Shown piece after piece: positions 26,769-35,054 of a stretch of DNA of 64,000 bases (its first letter is position 1; each line of letters starts with the position of its first letter). The stretch is from Lachnospiraceae bacterium (GTDB lineage Bacteria; Bacillota; Clostridia; Lachnospirales; Lachnospiraceae): positions 6,980 through 70,979 of the forward strand of contig JAFZNO010000060.1 in NCBI GenBank assembly GCA_017552985.1. Reading direction: 5' to 3'. The position numbers and the translations under genes are program-made. Under the pieces are notes generated by a model that did no database searches, was not told the DNA's origin, and worked only from the letters and a program-made list of their open reading frames with translations.

Positions 26769-27443
26769 ATGATCAAGGCATTTTTTGTTGATTTTTACGG
26801 GACGATCGTGCATGAGGACGGCGAGGTGATTAAGAAGATCACCGAGATCATCAGCGCGACGGGAAAAGCAGAAGACAAGGGAGAGATTGATGCATTCTGG
26901 TGGAAGGATTTCCAGACCATGTTCCTGAATTCCCACGGCGATACGTTTGAGACGCAAAGGGCGTTGGAGGAAAAATCCCTGGTGCATACGCTGGAGCGAT
27001 TCTCTTCTGACGCGGATGCAAAAAAATTAAGCGAAATGATGTTTGCACATTGGGTCAAGCCGCCGATCTTTGAGGATTCGCATGCATTTTTCGAAAAGAG
27101 CCCGCTTCCGGTTTACGTGGTTTCCAACATTGACACGGCAGACATATTACAGGCGATCGCGTATCATAATCTGCATCCGGCAGGGGTCTTTACGTCGGAG
27201 GACGCAAGAAGCTACAAGCCGCGGAAGGAATTGTTTGAGTTGGCGCTCCGTGAAGCGAAGCTGAAACCGGAGGAAGTGATCCATATTGGCGATTCCGTGA
27301 GCAGCGACGTGAAAGGGGCGAGTGCCCTTGGCATCAAGACGCTGTGGCTCAATCGGTTTGGAAAGCCGGTGCCAGAGGGGATTAACTGCATAACTACTTT
27401 GAAGGATGCGCTAAAGTTATATGGGGATGGAGGAGCAAAATGA
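26769..27443 (+). CDS. HAD family hydrolase (haloacid-dehalogenase-like motif I)
   Basis: FFVDFYGTIV, VVSNID, SYKPRKE, HIGDSVSSDVKGA. Confidence 0.8.
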   Translation: MIKAFFVDFYGTIVHEDGEVIKKITEIISATGKAEDKGEIDAFWWKDFQTMFLNSHGDTFETQRALEEKSLVHTLERFSSDADAKKLSEMMFAHWVKPPIFEDSHAFFEKSPLPVYVVSNIDTADILQAIAYHNLHPAGVFTSEDARSYKPRKELFELALREAKLKPEEVIHIGDSVSSDVKGASALGIKTLWLNRFGKPVPEGINCITTLKDALKLYGDGGAK

Positions 27444-28303
27444 ATTTTGAAGCGTTTGTAAAGGACATTCAGGAGAATCAATGGAACGTGTTTGGCGTTG
27501 AGGTCTATGAGAATGGGGTGCTGACGCATGGCTACGGGGATACGGAGGAAAATCTCCATGAACTGTATTCAGCGACAAAGACGGTGCTTTCCATTGCCGT
27601 TGGGATCACGCATGACATGGGGTTGATCGATCTTGACCGGTGCATTCTGGATTATCTGCCGAAGGAAAAAGTTGCTAAAATGTCGGCGAAGCAGGAAGAA
27701 ACCTTTCGGAAGATCACGGTGAAAAGGCTTCTAACCATGTCCGTGGGGGACCTTCCCTTCCGTGCGGAGGGTGAGAGCTGGATCGATTTTGCACTTTCCT
27801 GTGAGATCAGCCATCCGGAGGAGAAAACGTTTAATTACACCAACATCAATTCCTATCTGGTTGGCGTGGCGCTGACGGAAATCCTGGGACGCGACCTTGG
27901 AGCCTTTATCGAAGAGAAGATTTTTGAACCCTTGGGCATCAAGCGATTTGAATACGCCAGATGTCCGGAAGGGTATTTTTACGGCGCGTCAGGCATGCGG
28001 CTGACGGTGCATGATTTTAGCAAGATCGGGCTTTTGCTATACAATAAGGGCACGTATCAGGGACGGCGCATTCTGTCGGAAGAGTATGATGAGCTGGCCA
28101 CCAGCGTTCAGATGCAAAACCGCGAGGGCGGTTACGGTTATTTTGTCTGGAAGTATCGGGACGGCTTTAGCATCAATGGAAGACAGAAGCAGAAATGCTA
28201 CGTTCTTCCAAAGCGGGGACTTGTGATCACCCAGCTCTGCGACATCGACGATCCCGGCAATGATCTCAGGGACAGCATGGAACGCTGGATTCTCGACGCG
28301 TAG
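27440..28303 (+). CDS. serine hydrolase of the beta-lactamase / PBP family
   Basis: SxxK (SATK) and YxN (YTN) motifs. ATGA overlap with the upstream HAD gene. Confidence 0.7.
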   Translation: MNFEAFVKDIQENQWNVFGVEVYENGVLTHGYGDTEENLHELYSATKTVLSIAVGITHDMGLIDLDRCILDYLPKEKVAKMSAKQEETFRKITVKRLLTMSVGDLPFRAEGESWIDFALSCEISHPEEKTFNYTNINSYLVGVALTEILGRDLGAFIEEKIFEPLGIKRFEYARCPEGYFYGASGMRLTVHDFSKIGLLLYNKGTYQGRRILSEEYDELATSVQMQNREGGYGYFVWKYRDGFSINGRQKQKCYVLPKRGLVITQLCDIDDPGNDLRDSMERWILDA

Positions 28304-28318
28304 CAGCATGCCTGACGG

Positions 28319-28341
28319 AACGTGTCGCCAGACACGTTTTT
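28319..28341 (+). terminator. rho-independent terminator
   Basis: AACGTGTC-GCCA-GACACGTT followed by TTTTT. Confidence 0.7.
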
Positions 28342-28431
28342 GAGGAGAAGATGGACGCTGGCAAGGATACGTGATATTGTGGATATGTTGAAGGCTGATT
28401 TGTAAAGGCATGATGAAAAGGGGTAGCATAA

Positions 28432-30069
28432 ATGAACAGGGAAGAGCTTCGGAAATTCTATGAAAAAAATATGTACGGAATCTGGCGGGAAGGCGAGCAA
28501 GTGACGTATGAACTGTTGGGCGAGGATCCAAAGGGAAACGATCCTGCGGCCGGACCTTGGAATCCATTTGCGGTGGTTGGCGGAGAGCTGGTAAAGATCA
28601 AGGCGGAGGCGCGGGGGCGCAAGGCCGAATTTATCGTCCATGCATATTTGCCCAAGGAAGAAGACAGAAAACGCTATCCGAAGGGTTCACCCTTTATCAT
28701 CTGCATGCATCCGATCCAGCCAAAAGATTATGTTTTGTCGCAGGGCTATGCGCTTTTCTTCCTGGAGGGGCGCCAGATTGCATCAGACGACGTAAAACGT
28801 CAGGGGGCCTTTTATGATCTGTATCCCTATGGCGAAGAAGAGGCAGAACAGACGGGCGTATTGATGGCGTGGGCCTGGGGCGCTTCGAAGGTGCTGGATG
28901 CGGTTTACGCAGGTCTGGATAAGGAATTTTCGCTGGATGCGGACGCGTCCATGGTGACGGGCGTATCGCGGTGCGGAAAGGCAACGGCAGTCTGCGGCGC
29001 CTTTGACGGGCGCTTCCGCATGACAATTCCTGCCTGCTCCGGTGCGGGCGGACTTGCCCTGTATAATTTTGTTTCCGAGGGGAAGACCTATGACCTTCGA
29101 AAAGTGGGAGGCCCCGCGGAGTATACCTATGGGAAAAACGAGCCCTTGGATTGCCTGCAGTCAGAGGCGGAGAGAGGCTGGTTTAATGACAAATTCCTGC
29201 AGTACAAAAACCCGTCGGACATTCCGGTGGAACAGGAAAACCTGCCCATCATGGCGATGGATGCAAATCGTTATTATTTCATCATTGCAGCCTGCACGGG
29301 CGAGGATTGGGTGAATGCGCCTGCCATGTGGGAGTGCTATAAGAGAGCGAATGAAACATACGAAAAAGAAGGTCTTGGAGATCATCTTGTCCTGAATTTC
29401 CACAAGGTGGGACATGCCGTTCTGGAAGAGGACGCGGAGGCCTTCGTCAAGTATTTTAATCATATGTATTACGGGATGGAGACCGGCGTAAACGTGGATC
29501 AGCTGAAGACCACCGTTTTCGCGGGCCAGGAGGACGGTAATGCCTCCATTTTAAGGCTCCGGCCGTATAAGAGCAGTGACGGTAAACTGATCGCCGAGTG
29601 GGCAGGAAAGGACGAAGCGGTCTATTATAAGTGGAGCTCAGGCATGCTCGGGGATTTCCCCTTATCTGCGGAAAAGCTGAATGACGTTTATCTATATCAA
29701 AATGGATTCTGCAAGGAAGAGGACAACTTCTATCCCATGGTGGCATTTGACGAGAGCGGCATCGTCGGACATTTTATCATGCGATATCTGAACGATGATC
29801 ACGACGTTATCCGGTTTGGCTGGGTGATCGTTGATGATTCAAAGCGCGGCAAGGGGTATGGCAAGAGAATGCTGGAGATGGGACTTACGTATGCCTTCAA
29901 GATTCTGAAGGCAAAGAAGGTGACCATTGGCGTTTTTGAGAATAACGCACCAGCCTATGCCTGCTATAAATCTCTGGGATTCCGGGAGGTGCCGCAAGAG
30001 GAGTATCATACGCTGAATTATAAGGGTGAAGAATGGAAGGTCATTGAATTGGAGGCTCAAAATGGATGA
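28432..30069 (+). CDS. CE15-like (glucuronoyl-esterase-type) hydrolase fused to a C-terminal GNAT
   Basis: VTGVSRCGKATAVCGAFDGRFRMTIPACSGAGG matches the CE15 GCSRxGK...SGxGG pattern. The last ~150 aa contain the GNAT motif VDDSKRGKGYGKRML. Confidence 0.7.
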   Translation: MNREELRKFYEKNMYGIWREGEQVTYELLGEDPKGNDPAAGPWNPFAVVGGELVKIKAEARGRKAEFIVHAYLPKEEDRKRYPKGSPFIICMHPIQPKDYVLSQGYALFFLEGRQIASDDVKRQGAFYDLYPYGEEEAEQTGVLMAWAWGASKVLDAVYAGLDKEFSLDADASMVTGVSRCGKATAVCGAFDGRFRMTIPACSGAGGLALYNFVSEGKTYDLRKVGGPAEYTYGKNEPLDCLQSEAERGWFNDKFLQYKNPSDIPVEQENLPIMAMDANRYYFIIAACTGEDWVNAPAMWECYKRANETYEKEGLGDHLVLNFHKVGHAVLEEDAEAFVKYFNHMYYGMETGVNVDQLKTTVFAGQEDGNASILRLRPYKSSDGKLIAEWAGKDEAVYYKWSSGMLGDFPLSAEKLNDVYLYQNGFCKEEDNFYPMVAFDESGIVGHFIMRYLNDDHDVIRFGWVIVDDSKRGKGYGKRMLEMGLTYAFKILKAKKVTIGVFENNAPAYACYKSLGFREVPQEEYHTLNYKGEEWKVIELEAQNG

Positions 30070-30763
30070 TGACAACCTATTTGGTTTCCTGTTAGGGATT
30101 TTGGTTTTGGCGTGGCTCGTGGCGTCCGTGGGCGGTTTGATCTTCTGCTTAGCGAATGACTTGACGCCCATGGTTTTTATAATCATGGGACAGTTGCTGG
30201 CGGTATTTGGGCTGTATCTGGTTATTTCCGGCATTGTCAAAGAAGATTTTCAACCGGGTACGTTGGTACTTCTTATGGTGGGAATCATCAGTTTAGCCTT
30301 CGGTTGCATTCAACAATTCGGTACGGAAGAGAATATTGAAAGCATGAATAAACTTATGGGCTGGATCGTAATAGCTCTCTTCTTTCTGCTGGGGATCGCG
30401 CTGATAGTCATCGGAGTGGTAAAATACGTAAAGTATGAGAAAGAGCGACCCAGCCCCATCGACGCCGTCTGCGTGCGGATGGAAGAAAAGATGGTGGATG
30501 AAAAGATTTTGGTTTGTCCGGTCTATGAATTTACTTTTCAGGGAGAAACCATCATGCTAACGGATGAAGCTCCGGAGAGAATACACGGAGTGAACGTTGG
30601 TGATTCCAGAAAGGTTTACCTGAATTCGTATAATTCCGGTACGTATGGGTTTGAAAAAGACGTGTGCATTGAGGGCGCCGGATGTATTGCAATTGGAGTG
30701 GTGGTCTCGGGATGCATTGGATTAACCTTGCTTTTAATGTATTGGTTTGGTGCATTTGGTTAA
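30062..30763 (+). CDS. DUF3592-like multi-pass membrane protein
   Basis: 4 N-terminal TM helices, soluble VCPVYEFTFQGETI...VGDSRKVYLN module, terminal TM. 8-nt overlap with the upstream stop. Confidence 0.65.
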   Translation: MDDDNLFGFLLGILVLAWLVASVGGLIFCLANDLTPMVFIIMGQLLAVFGLYLVISGIVKEDFQPGTLVLLMVGIISLAFGCIQQFGTEENIESMNKLMGWIVIALFFLLGIALIVIGVVKYVKYEKERPSPIDAVCVRMEEKMVDEKILVCPVYEFTFQGETIMLTDEAPERIHGVNVGDSRKVYLNSYNSGTYGFEKDVCIEGAGCIAIGVVVSGCIGLTLLLMYWFGAFG

Positions 30764-30788
30764 TGGTTAGACGGGAGGTTCAGGAAGA

Positions 30789-31493
30789 GTGGGAAACGGA
30801 AGGAAATATGGGGTTGGAAGTATTCTTGCAGGCATTGTTTTCTTGATATGGTTCTTTGCCTCCATCGGTGCAATGATCTATTTTTCCCGGCATGACATGG
30901 GAGCGTTGGTGGTTACCCTCTTTGGACAGTTCTTTTTGGTGATGGGCACGGCTGCGATCATCTCCGGCATTGCGAACAAGGATTTCCAGCCAATCACGCT
31001 GATTTTTCCATTAATTGGCATCGCGTGCATGGTCGGGGGATGCATTTTTCAATTTGGCAGTGAGACCGTCATTAAGCACTTAGAAAATGCATTGCCATAT
31101 TTGCTCCTTTCCGTATTCCTTATCGTGGGCGTTTCATTGGTCCTGACCACCTACGTTGGTTCCAAAAGAAGGCACGAGAGATGTAATTATTGCATCTCCG
31201 CGACCTGCGTGGACCTAAAGTCTCAATATCATGACGGGTCGCGCATTTATTGCCCCGTATATGAAGTGTATTTTCGCGGTGAAACGATCCAGATCAGTAG
31301 CAACGTCTTTTCCAACATAAACCGGATTTCGGTTGGAGAGACACGAGAGATCTATCTCAATCCAGAGAAACCGACGGACTTTTATGAACCTAAGGAAGAG
31401 AAGGCAATCAATATCTTTAAGTACGTCATGGGAGGGCTGTTTACCGCCGCAGCGGTATTTGCATTGATAATGATGATATATGTTGTAAAGTGA
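30789..31493 (+). CDS. DUF3592-like multi-pass membrane protein (tandem paralogue)
   Basis: Same architecture: YCPVYEVYFRGETI...VGETREIYLN. GTG start after GGGAGG. Confidence 0.65.
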   Translation: MGNGRKYGVGSILAGIVFLIWFFASIGAMIYFSRHDMGALVVTLFGQFFLVMGTAAIISGIANKDFQPITLIFPLIGIACMVGGCIFQFGSETVIKHLENALPYLLLSVFLIVGVSLVLTTYVGSKRRHERCNYCISATCVDLKSQYHDGSRIYCPVYEVYFRGETIQISSNVFSNINRISVGETREIYLNPEKPTDFYEPKEEKAINIFKYVMGGLFTAAAVFALIMMIYVVK

Positions 31494-31502
31494 GGAGAGG
31501 GA

Positions 31503-31910
31503 ATGAAATATTACAGAGTACATACGGCAGACATAGCATGGATCACGCAGCAGCCGAGAGGATTGTTTACGGCAATTGGAAAGCTGGTGGACGCGAAGAC
31601 GCTGACGGAAGAGGAAGAAAAAGAGTATTGGAAGAACAGGGAATATTTTGAAAAAGAATTGCCGGTACCGCCCTTTTATGACCAGGGAAATCCTGATAAG
31701 GCGATCACTTGGTTTAAGGATACGGAGGCGGGAAATAGGATTTTCCGTGAGATGATTTTTTATCGCAAAATGGCTGATAAATATGGCTTGAAACTGTTTC
31801 TCTCAGAGTGTGAGGAATTGCCGGGAGAGGTAATCTATGAGGACGATTTCCAGATCGCGGTGAAGAATCAAAAGGAAAACTTGAAGGTCACCGTAAAGGA
31901 GTTACGTTAA
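31503..31910 (+). CDS. hypothetical protein
   Basis: 135-aa ORF with RBS GAGGAGAGGG. No family recognised. Confidence 0.6.
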   Translation: MKYYRVHTADIAWITQQPRGLFTAIGKLVDAKTLTEEEEKEYWKNREYFEKELPVPPFYDQGNPDKAITWFKDTEAGNRIFREMIFYRKMADKYGLKLFLSECEELPGEVIYEDDFQIAVKNQKENLKVTVKELR

Positions 31911-31920
31911 AAAGAAAAAC

Positions 31921-31947
31921 GTGTCAGTAGAACCGTCCCCATGACAC
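31921..31947 (+). repeat. junction hairpin element
   Basis: GTGTCA-GTAGAACCGTCCCCA-TGACAC. Same loop as the 16771 copy, with compensatory stem changes. Confidence 0.55.
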
Positions 31948-31976
31948 AATAAATGACTAGAACGGAGGAAAATGAC

Positions 31977-33374
31977 GTGATCAGGGAAATTAAGGAAACG
32001 GAAGTGAAGGAGTGCGTAGAAGTCATCAGGAAAAGCTTCCAAACGGTTGCAGACGAGTTTGGCATCACGAAGGAGAACGCGCCGAGATTTACCGCGTTTG
32101 CAACGGATGAAGAAAGGCTCAGCGGGCAACTAAACGGTGAGCACCGGCCAATGTATGGTTATTTTTTGGAGGATAAGCTGGTCGGCTATTATTCCCTGGC
32201 GATCATGGGCGGGAAGACCTGTGAGCTCAACAATCTTAGCGTGTTGCCAGAGTTCAGGCACAAGGGGATTGGCGGGGAACTGCTAAAGCATGCCTTTGAA
32301 AAGGGAAAAGAGCTCGGATGCAACCTGATGCGGATCGGGATCGTGGATGAGAATAAGGTACTTCGCAAATGGTATGAAGGATACGGAGTGGAACATACAG
32401 GCTCCATGAAATTTGATTTCTTTCCGTTCACTGCCGGATTTATGATGAAAAGGCTTGTGGAGCCCAAACCGTGGGACGAAAAGGAAGCAGGTCTTTACCG
32501 CTATGAAACGCACCTTCACACGGTGGAGGGCAGTGCGTGCGGCGTGACTCCCGGCAGGGAATATCCTGCCATCTTCAAGGAAAGAGGATATGACGGCATT
32601 TTCATCACGGATCATTTCTTCCACGGAAATACGCGTCCCTCCAGGGAGTTACCCTGGCCTGAGTACGTAGACGCTTATATGAAGGGCTATGAGGAAGCAA
32701 AGAAGGCTGGAGATGAGATCGGATTTAAAGTCTTTTTCGGAATTGAGGAGAATTTCGAAGGGGATGAATTCATGATCTACGGCGTGGACAAGGAATTCCT
32801 TTTGGCTCATCCAGAGATCCCGCATTGGACGCGTGAGGACATGATCAAGGCGGTTCATGAGGCGGGAGGAGCCGTGATGCAGGCCCATCCTTTCCGCGAC
32901 CGCGATTACATCAAAAAGATTCACTTGTATCCGGAGAACGTGGAGGGAATTGAAGGCATCAACACGGCGAACACGGCGAATGATAATTTAGCCGCCTTAT
33001 GCTATGCCTTGCATTTTGGCTTGATGATACAGGCAGGTTCCGACACCCATTTCAAGTGGGCCATCGGGGACGGGAATGGCGGTATCCTGTATGAGAAGCC
33101 CATCACGTCGGAGCTGGATTACGCTGACAGGCTGCGCCGCCGCGAGAGACCGAAGATTTTCTATCCGGAAGAGCTCTTTGAAGGTTTGGGCGGGCTCAAG
33201 GTAAAGCTTCCCGTGGAGATCCACAGGAATGGCGCTTGGGAGGATATGGATCTCGAGGAGATCAAGCAATGGTTCCTTGAAGCGGGAGCAGCCGTGGAGG
33301 ACGCGCCTGCGCAGCCGGAAGGGATCGTGCATGAGATCGTCAAGAAGTTGAAGGGACGAGAAGGTTTAGAATAA
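31977..33374 (+). CDS. GNAT acetyltransferase fused to a PHP-domain phosphoesterase
   Basis: GNAT LSVLPEFRHKGIGGELL, then PHP YETHLHTVEGSACG...FITDHF. GTG 31977 has GGAGG 9 nt upstream. The alternative ATG 31953 lacks an RBS. Confidence 0.75.
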   Translation: MIREIKETEVKECVEVIRKSFQTVADEFGITKENAPRFTAFATDEERLSGQLNGEHRPMYGYFLEDKLVGYYSLAIMGGKTCELNNLSVLPEFRHKGIGGELLKHAFEKGKELGCNLMRIGIVDENKVLRKWYEGYGVEHTGSMKFDFFPFTAGFMMKRLVEPKPWDEKEAGLYRYETHLHTVEGSACGVTPGREYPAIFKERGYDGIFITDHFFHGNTRPSRELPWPEYVDAYMKGYEEAKKAGDEIGFKVFFGIEENFEGDEFMIYGVDKEFLLAHPEIPHWTREDMIKAVHEAGGAVMQAHPFRDRDYIKKIHLYPENVEGIEGINTANTANDNLAALCYALHFGLMIQAGSDTHFKWAIGDGNGGILYEKPITSELDYADRLRRRERPKIFYPEELFEGLGGLKVKLPVEIHRNGAWEDMDLEEIKQWFLEAGAAVEDAPAQPEGIVHEIVKKLKGREGLE

Positions 33375-33431
33375 TTGCACGTCGACGTATCCCGGCAGGA
33401 CAAAAACGGCAGATGAGGGAGAGGGATTCCC

Positions 33432-34025
33432 ATGAAGGAAATCAAGATCAATGATAAAATAAGTTATATTGAGTGCTCTGAGGATCCTCTGTCTGCCGAC
33501 GTTGGAATCATACGGGAGCCAGACGGCATTTGGCTGTATGACGTGGGAAATGACGTAAGAAACCTGGAGGGACTGGACGGGAAATACAATGTCGTACTGT
33601 CGCATTTTCACCTGGATCACGTGGGGAGCCTTGAGAAGCTAAACGTTCGAACGCTTTTCTTGTCCAAGGAGACGCAAAAGCACGTGAACCTGCAGGGCGT
33701 GATCACGGAGACGGACGTTTACGTGGGAAATCTCCATATTTTCCCGCTTCGCTCCAGCCATGCAAAAGGAAGTCTCGGATTGGAAGTGGACGAGACGTAC
33801 GCATTCGTCGGAGACGCGTTGTACTGTAAGGCAAAGGATGGAAAGTATTGTTATAATGCGCAGCTTCTGCGGGAAGAAATCGAGAAGCTAAAGAGCTTAA
33901 AGGCACCGTGGCTTTTGGCAAGCCATCATCCGGGGTTGATCCGGAAAAAGGATGAAGTGATCGCGGAGCTGGAAGAAATATACGCAAAGCGCGTGCAGGG
34001 AAGCCCTGTGATTTTTCTTTCGTGA
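33432..34025 (+). CDS. small MBL-fold metallo-hydrolase
   Basis: LSHFHLDHVG motif. 197 aa. Confidence 0.75.
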   Translation: MKEIKINDKISYIECSEDPLSADVGIIREPDGIWLYDVGNDVRNLEGLDGKYNVVLSHFHLDHVGSLEKLNVRTLFLSKETQKHVNLQGVITETDVYVGNLHIFPLRSSHAKGSLGLEVDETYAFVGDALYCKAKDGKYCYNAQLLREEIEKLKSLKAPWLLASHHPGLIRKKDEVIAELEEIYAKRVQGSPVIFLS

Positions 34026-34031
34026 GGAGAG

Positions 34032-35054
34032 ATGATGGATTTTCATGCTTTGATGATGACAAAAGAATATGATTTTTTGAGGACAAACGAGAGGCTTGGC
34101 GACAGGATCATGTTGCTGGGACTTGGCGGGAGTTATTCATACGGGACGAACCGCGAGGGGAGCGACATAGATTTTCGCGGCGTGACCCTGCAGCTTCCGT
34201 CGGATCTCATCGGCATGACGGAGTTTGAACAGTATGAGGATGAGGGGACGGACACGGTCATCTACGGTTTTAACAAGCTCATCCGACTGCTCCTGGAGTG
34301 TAATCCGAACACCTGTGAGATGCTCGGGCTCGATGAGGATCAGTATTTGATCAAGACGAAGCTGGGTCAGGAGCTGATCGATCAGACACCCCTGTTTTTG
34401 TCAAAGCGCGCGATCAAGTCCTTTGGAGGATATGCGGACATGCAGCTTCGCCGGCTGCAAAACGCCATCGCGCGGGATACGCTTCCGCAGGAGGAAAGGG
34501 AGCAGCATATCTATAAATCCGTGATGCATGCGCTGGAGGATTTTAACCTGCGTCATGCGGGAACGGATCTGGACGGGATCCGGCTGTACGTTGACAAAGC
34601 CGTGAACCCGGAACTGGAGACGGAGATCTTTGTGGATGCCAATTACAAGCATTATCCGCTCCGGGATTACAGCGAACTTTGGGGAACCATGCGGACGGTG
34701 GTGCGCGATTACGATAAAATCGGAAAGCGCAACAAAAAGAAGGATGACAATCATCTGAACAAGCATGCCATGCACTTGGTAAGACTCTTCATGATGGCAA
34801 TTGACATTCTTGAAAAAGGAGAGATCCGCACCCACAGAACGGATGACCTGCCGCTTCTTTTGTCAATCCGGCGGGGAGATTTCATGCAGGAGGACGGAAC
34901 GTATTCCAAGGCATTTTATGAGATGCTGGAGGAGTATGAGAGGAAGCTGGAGGAGGCGGCGGCGAAGACAAAGCTGCCGGACCAGCCGGAAATGGAAAAA
35001 GTTGAAAAATTTGTTGAGCGCGTGAATCGTTACGTGGTCACGGGAGAGCTATGA
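34032..35054 (+). CDS. Pol-beta-superfamily nucleotidyltransferase (RlaP / PF10127-like)
   Basis: LLGLGGSYSYGTNREGSDIDFRG (GS...DxD). Confidence 0.7.
   Translation: MMDFHALMMTKEYDFLRTNERLGDRIMLLGLGGSYSYGTNREGSDIDFRGVTLQLPSDLIGMTEFEQYEDEGTDTVIYGFNKLIRLLLECNPNTCEMLGLDEDQYLIKTKLGQELIDQTPLFLSKRAIKSFGGYADMQLRRLQNAIARDTLPQEEREQHIYKSVMHALEDFNLRHAGTDLDGIRLYVDKAVNPELETEIFVDANYKHYPLRDYSELWGTMRTVVRDYDKIGKRNKKKDDNHLNKHAMHLVRLFMMAIDILEKGEIRTHRTDDLPLLLSIRRGDFMQEDGTYSKAFYEMLEEYERKLEEAAAKTKLPDQPEMEKVEKFVERVNRYVVTGEL

Noticed and set aside
4352-33374. An integron-like cassette array, suggested by many small co-directional GNAT/NUDIX/HAD genes with hairpins at the junctions.
   Set aside because: - There is no IntI integrase or attI.
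- The junction hairpins are only 27-30 nt, whereas attC sites are roughly twice that or more.
- The hairpins occur at just four junctions.
- Many genes are translationally coupled instead.
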